Shown: one piece after another, positions 44,312 to 63,813 of the stretch
Layout: every line of letters begins with the position of its first letter
Numbering within the stretch: the stretch's first letter is position 1
Source: Eledone cirrhosa
Lineage: Eukaryota
Assembly: GCA_964016885.1 (NCBI GenBank)
Contig: OZ024743.1
Coordinates: 300,824,001 to 300,888,000 of the forward strand
Length of the DNA: 64,000 nucleotides
Reading direction: 5' to 3'
The notes under the pieces: generated by a model
What the model saw: the letters and a program-made list of their open reading frames with translations, nothing else
Told to the model about the DNA's origin: nothing
Databases searched by the model: none
Made by a program: the position numbers and the translations under genes

Positions 44312-44344
44312 TTATATATATACATATATATATATATATATGCT

Positions 44345-44379
<35 letters not shown>

Positions 44380-44440
44380 GCTTATATATATACACATATA
44401 TATATATATATATATACATATATATGCATATATATTTATA
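43580..44440. repeat. Interrupted (TA)n array (tacaaa / tgctta variants)
   Basis: Direct reading. Confidence 0.95.
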
Positions 44441-45028
44441 TATCACCACACACCATTTGTCACAACGATATTTGCATACATATATATTACTGTTTTAATT
44501 TAGAAATAAAAATAAAAAGAGAAAGAATATCGTTGTTTCGATTTTAGTACCCAGCAGACATATTTTAATACAATGATTTGCTCGCTTATTCAGGCGCATA
44601 CATTGTTTTTAAATTGTACTACTTAAATAAATATTTCTTCTTCATACAATGACAATGCTAATATATTTTATGGAAATGAAGCCAAACGAATTGAATTGAA
44701 TGTGATGATACTTTAGTTCCGGAATGTAAATGTGTTTATTTAAATATATTTCATGAAACTAATACTGTAAGTAATGAAATCTTCATTTCTGTCGATCATG
44801 GTTTCTTCGTTGTCATCAACATTTTCACTAAGTTCTTTAGTTAACTTATCAATCATTCAGAACAACTTAGGCATTCGGCAACATTTATCAGTTGTATTAG
44901 GTGTCTATATAGTTGCACCGCTATAGCTATAATATCATTAATAGAGATGTTGGATTACTTAATTTCGGTTGTAAATTATGAATTGAAATCTACAAAATAA
45001 TGTTCATTATTATTATAAATCATTATAC

Positions 45029-45210
45029 TTGGCAGTATCGGTAGAGAGTCGGACGCCATGCTTTGCAGCACTGAGTTTCGGCCCTTTATGCTATGAGTTC
45101 AAATCCCGCCGAGGTTAACTTTGCCTTTCATCCTTACGAGATCAATAACATAAAGTACCAGTAATACACTGCGACATTTGCTGGTCTTGCGCCAAAAGTA
45201 AAAATAATTA
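45029..45210 (+). mobile_element. tRNA-derived SINE (same family)
   Basis: ttggcagtatcggtagag...gagttcaaatcccgccgaggttaactttgcctttcatcc...aagtaccag. Confidence 0.85.
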
Positions 45211-45708
45211 TTATTATGCTTGAATTACAAAAACGTAGACATTACATAAATAACTACAAATCACTACATTCTACATTAAAGTATTGTTGGATACCACGCT
45301 ACGATATTCTACACTACACATTACTTTTTATATAACAACATTTAAAGTATTCTACATTTCAACATTCCAGACAGAAAATATAAAATGTGCATCCAATCAA
45401 GAATAAGGCGAACAATGTTTCATAGAAAGTAAATGTTCTTTAAATTTCCTCTGGTATTTGATGATCAAGAATAGGTCAAACATATTAATCGCCACTCACA
45501 AATTAGAATATGTCAAAAACATACAGATTCTCTGTTATTTCATTGTTGAGAAAATCTTAGAATGAACGCAACTGGTATTAAATGAATTTATAGAGAGTGG
45601 GACAGAAAAAGATGTATACACATTTTGATTAACCTGTACAGGCAATATTTATTAGAACGTTATTGAAGTGTGTATACATATATTGGAACATCCTGTATGT
45701 AAATAAAT

Positions 45709-45791
<83 letters not shown>

Positions 45792-46138
45792 AATATATAT
45801 ATATGTGTTTAGTTAATAAGAACATTGTGAGATATGTAATAAAATACCAATTACTTTCGTACAGCCGGTACAATGTGGTAGAAATAGAGGAAGGGCAGAT
45901 GTTGATAAATAAAACAAAATAAAATAATGTTTTACCCAGTGTATTTCAACATGGTATTTTCCAATGTGGAACGGTAATATTTAAAATCAAGCGAAGGGTT
46001 GATATGTTGTTCCTTAACAGGCCGTCCGTTTTGTTTTAAACTGCATCAACTCCACATTTGCAATAAAAGTAATAGACCTGAAATTTATCATTTCCCAATT
46101 GCCACATTGAACCTGTTTTTCTTTAATTATCGGTCTTT

Positions 46139-46199
<61 letters not shown>

Positions 46200-46247
46200 T
46201 ATGTATGTATACGTACATACATATATGTATACAGACGTACAGTAGCA

Positions 46248-46336
<89 letters not shown>

Positions 46337-46487
46337 GTACACATACATATATGCACGCATCAGTTTAGCCGACGTTTATTATAACGCAGCTTTGTTCGTT
46401 TGTTTGTCAACAAACCGAACAGCCTGAATTTATGCCATACGGTGTTAAGGCAACCACGTCACCATTTTGTTCAACACTGACACAGGA

Positions 46488-46530
46488 ACGATGTACTAGT
46501 TTCAAGCTTGTTAGCTATCATCAGCACCGT
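46488..46530 (-). ncRNA. Minimal hammerhead, diverged member of the 10875 family
   Basis: ACGGUG-CUGAUGA-u-AGC-uaacaa-GCU-u-GAAA-CUAG-UA-CAUCGU. Stem I pairing is kept through a U-G to G-U swap. Confidence 0.85.
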
Positions 46531-46765
46531 TTACCCATCTGCCAGATAGTTGAACGTTCGAAAGTATATACTTTCCTTATGAAAATTAACGGCTGAGCAG
46601 CCTAATTTGCATATTGAGTGAGTTAAATCGGTCAGGCATACCGAAAACGATAAGCTGAAAAAAATGAAAACGAAATTTCATTTCTCACTCTTAGTATGGC
46701 ACTTACTTAAATGTAAGTATGTATGTATACGTACATACATATATGTATACAAACATACAGTAGCA

Positions 46766-46815
<50 letters not shown>

Positions 46816-46909
46816 TGCACACAGGTACACATACATATATGCACGCACCAGTTTAGCCGACGTTTATTATAACGCAGCTTTAACGAACAAAGCTGCGTTA
46901 TAATAAACG

Positions 46910-47925
46910 AAGAAACAGAAGAAACCTTCTTCCAAAAGATGCTATATTTAATATTTTTGTCTTTCAAGACCATATGAGTTCTGAGAGAGCCGTGTTGGTT
47001 CTTTTAAGTTTGTATTTAAAATACGAATGATGGTTATAAAGACGAGCTTTAAAAGAGGTGGAAGTGGAGCCAAAATAGGTGAAGGAATTGGTGTCAGTTA
47101 TAACTTTACATTCGTAAATTAAGTTTTTATCAAGACAATGGTTGTTGAGAGGACATTTATTTTTAATAGGGCAATTGCAATTGTGATTAGAGAGATTATT
47201 AATTAGTGACCTAGTGTTATCTATAGAAGGAATTGGATTGGAGAAGTTATTTGCGATAGGAATAATAGTTTCTTGATTTAGAATGTGATTAAGAACATTT
47301 AGCGAAGTTGTGTTTGACGTTGTATTTGGGTTTGTAGAAATTAGCCTAGGGTTTACAATGACGTCGGGATTACTATTATTATGATATTCAGTGTTGGAAG
47401 GAAGAGATTTAGTATTTAGTATTTTATTGTTGTGTTTAGAGATAATGTTGGAAATGTTGGAGGATGTAGAATAGAAACATTTTATAGTTTTTTTGTTAAA
47501 TATTGTCTATAGATATGTGAGGGAGGGAAGCATTTATTTAAGGCACTAAAGAATAATTTAGGAATATTGTTATTAATAGAGATGGAGAAAGGAGCATTAT
47601 ACCAGATTATGTTTTTGTATCTAGGTCTTTTATTAAAGTTATTGGAATGATCATGATTAATTATTCTACTGTAATTTCTTCTAGAATTTGTTTCTTTAAT
47701 ATATTTGATTTTATCAGGATAGCCGGCTTTAGAAAGCGCGTTATTATAGTAATTGGCGTTAGCATCAAATATGTTTTTATTAGAAGATAGGTTAGATATT
47801 ATTTTTCCAATATTACTAACTATAGCATTCTTGATATTAGTAGGAAGGTCAGATTTAAAGTTAACATAATTTAGGTTCTCATTGTTTTTATGGTAACGGT
47901 AATATAGGCCAGAAAAGGAGTTCCA
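46910..47925 (-). pseudogene. Decayed PLE fragment (second-group architecture, divergent lineage)
   Basis: Manual minus-strand translation gives KNIIW..PFS, YSTSSNISNIISKHNNKILN, CNCPIKNKCPLNNHCLDKNLIYEC, YFGSTSTSFKARLYNH, and TALSELIW..LKDKNIKYSIFWK, with stops and frameshifts. Confidence 0.75.
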
Positions 47926-48226
47926 TGTATTTTATTATGCGCATTTCAAAAACAAACATCATCATGCAATAATATTTGTGTTTTCATCAGATAAAACAGG
48001 AGGACATGATATGAAGGCTAAAAAACACTTGTGGATAGAGCAGTTTTGAATCAACATATGGGAAGTAATTTTAGATTGATGTGTGATATTGGGAAAAATA
48101 TTTTATTTAGAGAGGGGGGGTGGAAAGGATGAAAAAAGGGGAGGAGATGAGAGTGAAGGTGGTGAGGGAGAGATGGGTGATAGAGAGAAAGAGATAGTTT
48201 TTATAACTATATATATATATATATAC

Positions 48227-48336
<110 letters not shown>

Positions 48337-48437
48337 GTATATATATATATATATATATAGTAGAATAATCGAGTATCGAAAAATCGGCGCACGAGTTCAC
48401 GATAAACAAAATTATATATATATATATACGTATATAT

Positions 48438-49237
48438 ATAAAAACAAATAACGAAACGAAATTAAATTTCGTTTCGTTTGTAACTCACTTTTGTATGACT
48501 GACGCTTAAACAATTAAGTTAAAAGTGTACATCCACATATGTATACTGAAATACTAGTATGCATATGAATACACACACGTGTACATATGTAGATGTACAA
48601 AACACACGTGTACAAAACCGGTTTGTCTGTGTGTTTACATACAGACTAGCTGAACACTCACAGTAAAGTGTCCAGTGAAAAACTCGGTACATCTACATGT
48701 GTACACGTGTGTGTATTCATATGCATACTAGTATTTCAGTATACATATGTGGATGTACACTTTTAACTTAATTGTTTAAGCGTCAGTCATACAAAAGTGA
48801 GTTACAAACGAAACGAAATTTAATTTCGTTTCGTTATTTGTTTTTATCGTCTCCGCTGAACCGGTACGTACTCACGCTCTATGCAAATTAGTCTGCCCAC
48901 TACTAATTTTCATAGAAAAAGCATATAACGATATGTGCTTTTACGATTCTCTAGAAAGGCCGGAGGATAGGTAAATATTGCTGATGAGATGTAACAACAT
49001 CGAAACTAGTCCAATATTCCTGTCTGGCTTTCTGGAGAATAGAGGAAAGGTGTTTCCTCGAAAACCAGTATCACTCTAAAAACCGGTTTGTCTGTGTGTT
49101 TACACACAGACTAGCTGAACACTCACAGTAAAGTGTCCAGTGAAAAACTCGGTACATCTACATATGTACACGTGTGTGTATTCATATGCATACTAGTATT
49201 TCAGTATACATATGTGGATGTACACTTTTAACTTAAT
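48438..49237 (+). mobile_element. Non-coding HHR-bearing element (retrozyme-like / non-autonomous PLE), 465-bp period
   Basis: Direct repeat 48614-48772 = 49079-49237. 48438-48598 is an inverted copy of 48687-48847. Flanked by (TA)n; no ORF. Confidence 0.8.
48974..49018 (+). ncRNA. Canonical minimal type I hammerhead ribozyme
   Basis: AAUAUUG-CUGAUGA-GAUGU-aaca-ACAUC-GAAA-CUAG-UC-CAAUAUU. Perfect 7-bp stem I, 5-bp stem II, palindromic stem III (ACUAGU), GUC cleavage triplet. Confidence 0.92.
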
Positions 49238-49238
49238 C

Positions 49239-49275
<37 letters not shown>

Positions 49276-49372
49276 TAATAATAAAATTGAAGACTAAAAT
49301 CCAGAGAGGGCTGAAGATCCCGTTAAGGGTGAAAGCAGCGATTTTTTGCTTAAACTTTAATCTGTTATTTTA

Positions 49373-53145
<3,773 letters not shown>

Positions 53146-54331
53146 CGATTAAAATATACGTAAGATTAATTTCTATACTAAATATATTAAACATATTATT
53201 TTAACTTTAAATATTCTATAATATTTTGGGATATTTTTGTATCTTGATATTTTTAGAATTCGTTTGCTTTTTAAGTTATATTGATATAATTATTTTTCAA
53301 AAATATAATTCTTTTGTATTTTATATACTCAATTGTAATATGTTATATGTTGATGTATACGTATATCTATATACGGCTAATGTATCTATATGTGTGTGTT
53401 GACATACATATACATGTGTTATATGCTTTTGTATGATTATATGTCTGTCTGTATGTATGCATGAGAGACGCGTGTATACAAATTGAAGATGCACACACAT
53501 ATCTATTCATGTATAGCTAAGAATTATGGATGTGAATGTACAGGCTTACACATGCAGTTTTTGATTGCAGATATGCATAACTTATCAGCCATAAATGCAT
53601 GGAAGTTAATCCTATATATTTATATATATATACTAAAAACTTTTAATTTTTAATTAATAACACAGCGAATGCATGGCAATAAATAAAAAATCACTTATGC
53701 TTTGTATATATATATTATGTGCGGGAGTAGATATAACGTGTATTTTCTGAGTGAGTGTGTATATATATATATTTATATACCTTTGCCTACGTGTATGTAA
53801 TATGCGATAGATAATCTCTCTAGCAATATATATATTTTATAATGCTTAAATTCCAATTTTTAATATATTGATCTCAATTTTAAACTAAATATCTAATCAT
53901 TATTAAACAATGTGTAATTTCTCATATTATATTTGTATATTCCATTCATGAATATTAATATTTCTAATTTTATTTATGCTTTTCATCCCAATTGTTAACT
54001 CAACTTTAATATGACATAACTTAAGGTTTTGTTCTCTCCCCCCTCTCTCTATCTCTATATATCTCTCTCTGGATTTTTTTCTCTGTCTGATGGTTTGATA
54101 TCTCCCCATTATTTTTCCTCTGTTCTCTTTTCTTTTTGCTTTCTTCTTTTTCTTTATCTATCTCTCCCTTTCTTTTCTCCACGTTTCTCTCTATCTCTCG
54201 ATCTGTTTACTTACTCTTAACACTATGACTTACTAAAGTAAACAAATCACTATCGTGATGGCCTCCAAAAGCAACGGTCAATTTTTAAAGGGGTACGTCA
54301 ATGTCTATTTATAAAACTGTTATATATTGTA

Positions 54332-54392
54332 TTTTGTCTGATGAAGGCATACCATAATGTAACTTGGTATCCTTGAAATATATATAATGAAA
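54332..54392 (+). ncRNA. Minimal type I hammerhead
   Basis: UUUUGU-CUGAUGA-AGGcAUACCA-loop-UGGUAUCCU-u-GAAA-UAUAUA-UA-AUGAAA. Confidence 0.68.
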
Positions 54393-54524
54393 CAAATATG
54401 GTTTTATAAATATAGTTTCCATTTATTAATATCGTATATCTACTCCAAATATTTGTCGAGTGCTTTATATCAGTTATACAAATATTTGTTTGTTGTATCC
54501 CAACAATTTAAATAAAACTTTTGC

Positions 54525-55420
<896 letters not shown>

Positions 55421-55699
55421 TTCGCTCATTTAGTAAAACTATTAAAAGAAAATTGAGAAAACAAAGCCCCCCAAAATGTAATTTGTAATTAAAACAATAC
55501 AAAAATTACATCCTATCAATAAATAATATAATAAGAAATGACAAGTTGCTATACAAATTCGAAATCAGACACGTAATATTATTGTGCGATAATGCGATCT
55601 ATATACGTGGGGAGAAATGCATATATATTTATATGTATGGGTGTATTCTCCGTGTTCGTGTTAAAAGAAAATCTATTAAGCGATCGCAGGGGTTGGTTA

Positions 55700-58600
55700 G
55701 TACGGTATGAACAAATCTTTCCATATTTCCATTAAGAAATATGAGAAAGTTAATTCATGCTGCAACTTAAAAAAAAATACTCCTCTGGTCCTCCATTGCA
55801 TCTTGTCATTTTCACGGAGGAAGCCTCAACGATCTTGAACTTACCATCGCTGCCCACAACATGCATGCAATTTAATGTTCGACTCTACCCAGTAGCATCT
55901 GGAAAAATCCACTAGTTAGTCGCTGGCTTCAGTTACCATACAACAATTAACCTTAAAAGGAGGTTCTTTCCGAGACGTTTGAAACCAATTTGGACAGAAA
56001 ACATGAATCAGCTCTGGTATTTTAGGATGATGATGGTATTAGCCATCTCGCGTATTGAGGAGATCATTTGCAGTTCATTCTGCACAGGGATAGAACCTTG
56101 ATTCTATCACTACCACCGCATCTCCCTTCGGTGACAAACAACGGCAAGTCGCTCAATTTATTGTCCGCTTCAACAGCCGGTACAGGTGTTTTATGATGAG
56201 TGCTACAACATCAGATCAGGCCTACAATTTGACCTTTATATGTGTGACTCTCGCAAATGCTCAGCCCACTTGTAATTCACCAGAGGAATATTGAGTTCAT
56301 AGTAAATATCAGACAGTTTGGCTCCATCTTGGAACTGTTCAAAACCGATGACCTGAATGTAACACTCATTGGACTCCATAAATGAGCCATATTATTATGG
56401 ATCCGTTCCACTTGATTAGAAGAAGTTCCGCATTCCCAGGATGCCACAAGGACTGAAATTAGGCTGATCCTGGATGGATTTGTAGATTATTCTCCCAATC
56501 AGACCTGGCAAACTTCAAAACATCCCGGATCATGTTCGCCTTCAGGACAGTCCGATATACAAGTCCTCATTGAATGCAGAAGGACACACTGATTCGTCAT
56601 CGGTGAAGCGACACAACTGCGAGCCTTTTGCGCTCAACTGAAAAATATCGTTGATACCACAAGCAGTGTCGGGACACAAGCACGTCAGCAGTAGTAGAAG
56701 AAATAGAAGCAGCAGCAGTAACTAAACCACAATCACCAACATCTCTGGCAGAAACAAACCAAGCGGAAGATGAAGTTTACTGCCCTACTCACTCACCCAC
56801 TCACCACACAATAAATTCACACATAAACACCCACACAAACACGAACACACAAGCATCTGAAACAGACAACAAGATTTCGTCTCCGTCACGAGAAGATGAG
56901 AGGCAACTACTAAGAGGGGAAAAAACAAAAATGGAAACACAAGAACAAAAAAAACCCCCAAAAAATCAAACATCACACACGCCCAAACAGGAAACAAAGA
57001 TACAATAAACACATCCACAACAACATCACACCACAACCAACCAAACGAAAACATGCACTGCCGCAGCAACAAATCAGACCGACAGAAAACGTCGTACTAC
57101 TAAGGACCAACGAAAAACAGACAGCCCCCACATAGCATGAATCAAAGAAATCGAGAAGGAGATGGATATTTTTGGCACCACCACATGTAGTGAACCGCAA
57201 GACCTTATGATGTTATGTATATCGCTGGATGCCTAAAAGAACACCAGGGCAAGCTACGAATAGGTTCTAACAGTGCTACCAGAAAGGAAACCCACCAAAA
57301 ATGTAGGTGAACAATCCTGATCTTCACGAATATCCGGAGTGTAAGCAAACTATATTTCCCTTAATTAACCAGCCAAAGAGAGAGTCATAAAAATAAGTTA
57401 CATAAATATTCGTGGCGTAGGTGTCATTGTTGAAGCAGGATCGCTTACTGAATGACCTGATGTCTCTAGTTATGTATGCGACTGCCATACCTGAGACAAT
57501 GATTTCCGATTACTATCAGCATTTCTCATTTCTTATTTGGGGGTTGGGTGGCAGTGTTGAATATGAAAGGCTTTGATCTCGATGTGACGAACTTCCTGGA
57601 ACCGGACGATAAGTGGAGGTCCTGGAGGTAAGTAAGAGTGATGATGGTTTTTTCTTGTATGACGTCTGTCTACGCCTCGACCGGGTTCGGACCGCGGATA
57701 ACTTTGAGCACCTGGAAACCTTTCTGTGAACGTCTCACCTTTTACTATTAGCTGGAGACTGGAACGGCCTTTGAAACATACGCTGGTATTGTGAGGAAGT
57801 AGCTGATAGACGCGGGGGAGTGCGATAGACTCAAATACCTGATAAGCCAGTTCCAACACGCATCGAGAAGATTTCCTCAAGGCGCCAGTGTAGACCGGGA
57901 GGAAACACACACGGTCATTTAGGTCGAATATAAATACGTTTTTCGTTAGATCAGCAAATAAAGATAGTATAGGTTGTCCATATTTCCGAACAGCCGACTA
58001 TTCAGATCACAGATTTGGACTTACATGGTCGACCTAGAAATAGCATGTTCACCAGGACCTGGTTACTGGAAGCATAACACTTTTCTCCCGGTGCATAAAT
58101 CCTAGAGAATCCAAGTTACAAATTCAGTTAAGTGTAAGTTGACAGGAGGCCTCCTCAACATTAGCCGGTGCTCTCAATAGATAGATTAGAGTAAATGTCA
58201 TAGGTTTTAGTAAATAAGTGGTATTGCAACTGATGTGCTAGCAGTGATAAGGGTATCATACCATGTACTCAACGCAAAACAGGTATGTTGCATCTTCAGA
58301 GATTAGCCGCGTGCTCTATAAAACGTGGGAATAAAATATGTTTGATGGGCCCGAATGGTAAAGGCAGAGTTTGTAACAAAGCCATAATTCTGTTTTTGAA
58401 GGAGCGAGACGAACGTGTGATGAACTTTACCAGGCAGATGTGTGCAGCCATTCACACCACTTTGCTGGAGCGGGGAGATTGGAGTGGTTGACGGATTTAG
58501 GTTCCTCTCTCGACGCCCCCCTACGACGATGAGTGCTGCAAAACACGTTAATATAAGCTGAAAGTCGTGATTTCCTGGTCGTATGCATGAACTCCAGGTT

Positions 58601-59985
58601 TGGATTGTCTGTCCTACGTGTTTACGTAGTCATGGCAGACATGTTTTCAATTCTCTTCGAACCAGTAAACTGCAACTGGCAGCAGAACGGGAGTATTTAC
58701 AGTACTGTAAAGTGGGGTGTAGTAACGCTGATGAGGAAAGACGAAAACAAGTAAAACGCTTTAGAAATATTCAGACCCTTAAATCTGCTCAATATAGATG
58801 TTGACCTAGGGTGTTAGAGAAGAGGTTGATATTTGTTGTCGAGACGCAAACCTTCGCAATCCCGACCATGTCCATACATTATTACTTCCCCCCTCATGCG
58901 ATACATGATAGGGAGGAAAGGGAGTAAATCTGGCATCGGTGGGACTATGATAAACTTAGATCAATCGAAAGCTTCGATATTTACAGACTTTCCTCAAGGT
59001 CACTGATTCCGGTCCCGTTCTCTGAGGCTGGATATCAGCAATGCACAGCGTCAAGTGCTCGGTCGTAAATGGCCACCAGTTAGAACCATTTGAGATCACG
59101 TCCTTGGTGCTCAACGGCACCATCTCTGTTACCTTCTGTACGTATTTAATCTTGAGTCGTTACTGAGGAAGATGGACTTATTGCAGTGGGTATACAGCGA
59201 ATTAGTGGTGGGCAGGTGCAACGACGCATTCGGAGAGGCTTTGAGAATCCGCGAAATCAAACTGAGCAGCCTGTTCCGGAGGACTTTTAAACAAATGACT
59301 AAGGCGACTTTCAGAAAGCCATCACCTGGCAGCGTTACTGATGGGGACTGCTGGTTGAGATAAACTCAAAAGGCACTGAAATTTGGTCACATGAATGTCC
59401 GAAATGTACATAGAGTGACGAAAGAGTTCTGCCCACATTCATCCAGTGTCCGGGCAATATTCACTTGTGGAGTTATGTCGAACTGGTGTTATCACCTGTG
59501 AGACGGATATGATGATCGTTCTAGGTCATCGTGAAGATCATGCCACCACCATATTATGGGCAGAAAGAGCAGGCAGTTTTTCTCAGCCTGGTGGCTGCGG
59601 TAAAAGTGGCTGTAGCCAATCCATCATCAACGTTTTTGAGTTTCATTTCGAAAGAAACATGAAGGTGCAGAGAGAGGTGCTTCCCAACCCCAGGATATTT
59701 GCTAAAGGTTAGGTGAATGTAGCAAGAATGACCCGTGCGAATGAGCCTACTTAGTTTGCTTTAAGAGGGAGATGACTGTCTCTCCCGTGTGCCCTGAAAG
59801 CGTCGGGTGGTTCAGAATTGGTAGGTTATCTGAGTCGCCGCTATTGGAGAATATTATTGTTGTAATTGTTATTGTTAATTGTTTTGCATAATTTGTTTTT
59901 CCTCTATGATTTTGTAAACCACCACTGCACCGTCTATTTTATTGAGCCTATATATAAGCCTTCTGGTCGATAAAAAAAAAAAAAA
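55700..59985 (+). mobile_element. Decayed non-LTR retrotransposon, L1/Tx1-like
   Basis: APE motifs: KISYINIRG (~57390), LLAGDWN (~57745), SDH (~58002), PGPGYWK (~58054). RT remnants: RPL..LLNID (~58775), NLDQSKA (~58952), LLYVFNLESLLRK (~59130). The 3' poly(A) is at 59972-59985. Many stops and frameshifts; the 5' boundary is approximate. Confidence 0.8.
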
Positions 59986-60309
59986 TATTATACTAGTTTA
60001 TTATTCTTTCTCATATATGGCAAAGGTAAACAGTTGCAGTCAGTAAATCTTCCTCTGGGTGAAAGCACAGGATGTTTGTATGTTTTTCACAATTTCTAAT
60101 TCATGTTGGTTGAAGCATGTGTTTGAAAAAATCGTCATCATTGGGAGGAGGATGGCTGTGGGAATAACATTTATATTCTATGAAAATTTGTAGACCTTTC
60201 TCTTATAGAATAAAACATATTTATTAATTTAATAAGCACTTTTAAATAAACACATATATGTATATATGCATATGTAACATAACTACGTATATGTGTTTAT
60301 ACATTTATA

Positions 60310-60434
<125 letters not shown>

Positions 60435-60900
60435 ATTGGAAGGTAATATCCGTAGTGTAGAGCACCCAGTTCATTGGAGTGTTTGATAGAAGTAGTAACA
60501 CAACAGTTAGTTCACCATACCGAGACCAATTGTTTCATCTTAGCGGATCTTCAGCTGGGACTGGTCATGGTTAAACGGAGCAGGAAAAACAACCGTATTA
60601 ACGCGTATGCGCAGAAACGTTCACTTCACCCAAGCGATACGAAGCCACGGGCGAAAGGTTTAAGGGAGATAACTGCTAGAGTCCAGAAACGATGTTCGAG
60701 TTGATTAGAAAGTTAGAATGTTGTTGTTATTCAATACGGAGCGTTGTAGTTATTCAAGAGGTGTTTCCAGACATGTGGACAACGTAAGAAGAAATCGTTC
60801 CTTTAATTTAGGCAATCGCTATTTGCGTAATCTCCTTAGAGGAGGTGAAACAATTGTACTCGGTATGGTGAAGTAACTGGTGAATTGGTGTGTTACTACT

Positions 60901-60934
<34 letters not shown>

Positions 60935-60952
60935 TGTATGTATGCATGTATG

Positions 60953-61044
<92 letters not shown>

Positions 61045-61492
61045 CATACATGAAGTACGTTTTTACAACAATAAAATAAAGCATGAGCAGTGCAGGTGTT
61101 TCAAGGTTCCTACCTTCAAAGGGTGCCACACGTAAGGATTCAACTCCTAAGAAAGGAACAAACCAAATGGTTAATGGTGAATTATTGAAATATTAAAGAG
61201 GGTAGTAGCCTGGATTCATACAATATGATCGAACTGTAGTATAAAATATGAGATTACTGTATTTAATAACTAAAGTAAAAACTGACGTTACATTAAAATA
61301 TAATAGAATGTACTATATATAACAAAATATCTAAGATGTGTAATGGTTTTGCAAATAATCCATATTTATTCATATCATACTAATTTTATTGATAGTGTCT
61401 CACAAGTTACCAAACAGATTTTGTTAGTATTCTTTCAACTGGACTTAATAATAAATAATATCGATAACCAGCGATATTGTATGCATACAATT

Positions 61493-61539
<47 letters not shown>

Positions 61540-61745
61540 AGTGGAAGCTTAGTAAAATCGATGGTTTGACCGTGGCCAACCCAACGACCTACAATTCGGA
61601 ATGAGCAGCAAAGCACTCAATAAGGTTGCATGCCTTACGTTCATAACATACGTTTAGACAGCTTGACACATTGGAAATTGCGGTAGGTAAACCTATCCAC
61701 ACATTACGAAAACAACGAAAAAACTAATCAGGATAGACCTCTTAT

Positions 61746-61905
<160 letters not shown>

Positions 61906-63764
61906 TTATAATGACTACAATACTAAATTTTCATCTCATAGATATAGAAAATGTAACATAAAACCGATCCATTACATACCCACCAACCAGATTATTTCCA
62001 TAAGGAGTTTCATTGCTGCTATTACTGTACAGATCATATTGCAACTAATTATAGTGTTGCTGTAATTTGTATTTATTATGACGCCAGAACAATTAAAAAA
62101 CGCCATATGTAACAAAAAGATATTAAACAGAGTTGTTTCTATGCTATTTGGACTCCGGGTGTAAACTGCTGTACCGCATATTCTCCACTCTAAAACAGAA
62201 TTTAAAATAAATTGATGTTGTCTATTTATGGATTAGTCAAGACTAAGGTTTGGAGATCTGAGACATCAAAGAGAGGTGAGAAAGGTGCGGATGATTGCAT
62301 TATTATTCATATTAAACATTTGAAAATCGATGAATCCTGGAAATCGCAAGGAATAAAGAATATTTACCACGGTTTTGTTTTTTCTGTAGATTTAAGTTTT
62401 GTATTATGTAGAAGATAATGTATGACTAACCAAAGTGGATAGAATAATAAATCGGAAATCATATGAGAATACACATGTTTGTGGGACTACTTCAATAGGT
62501 GTTGGAAGGAAAGTTGGGAGAGACACTACGTCTCCGTGACAGTATTTAAATTCTAATATTGAGCGACTCCATGACATATATATCGGCTGTGTTTACTGGA
62601 TGCAAACCTGAATTTGCAACATTACCGTCTCAGGTACTGAAAATGTATTCCATTGCAGATTTGACGCGAGAGGTGATGTATATTCTGTAGCGGAATATGC
62701 GTTCCTGAATCAAGATAAATACCTGATGTAGTGTGAACATTTTGACGAGAGAATGAGCACTGGATAGGGCACCGTATCGTTTAGGTTAATGGAAGAGATG
62801 TGGTCAGAAATGCTACAAACCATAATTGTATGTGAATATAAACCCATTCCGTTTCGTGACTTCAAACATTTTATATAAAGGACGGCTTGGATACAAGATT
62901 TAGTGTTCATGGTTTGGTCGTGGAAAAATCGGGATGCCTTGCAATGCGAATAATCATTGACCATTACGTGTAAAGAAGATTGAAAATGTTTCTGTGTCTC
63001 GTCTCAGATGTGTATTTGTATGTGTCGCGTGTGTGTTTTGCGAGTATGTGGTTGTGACCGTGAGAAAATGTCTGTGAATTGTATTTTGAAATCTCTATAA
63101 ATATTAACATATAGTCTATGGTGATATATACTACGAATAAATGCTTAGGTTGCTGTAATATATGTGCTGTTAAAGATCTAAGCTTACAGAAATTATAATT
63201 TTCTCACCAAATTTTGAAATCGAGATACCATTGATTATATGTTTTAAAACTAAAGTATAAAGTAATAACAGGAAACCTACAACAAATAACGAATTATTTA
63301 TACTGAGAGTTAGGAAGATTAACCACTAGGAATCGTCAATTAGTCATTTTCGTTTTATTCTATGATAGGCGTATTGCAAGATCTCAATGTACAAATAGTA
63401 ACAAGCAACACAAATAATATTACGTTCACCATCCTCATATACCTTTAAATGGACAACGCGCTTTTCAATGTTTGAGATCTAAGATTATATGGAATTGCGT
63501 GTCACGAAAATTACACCTTTGTGTAAGCCAGAAATAGTACATTTAAAACGTCAGCGTTTTCTTAGTGTTCGTAGAGGAGCTAATGAATTTTATCACTCCA
63601 AGGCAAAACGAATTCGAGACAATATACACACGTGACAAAAATGTTGATAGTCATTTCACACCTTATCTTTTTAGCATGCTGCACGAAAGATCACTTTTTA
63701 CCAGAACAGAAAGATAGTGTTGGTATTTGCGGATCCAGTAATTATATATACATACATACACAGA

Positions 63765-63813
<49 letters not shown>

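Noticed and set aside
62560-62960. Possible LINE RT remnant (YSATEYTSP on the minus strand)
   Set aside because: Single weak motif with no supporting neighbours.
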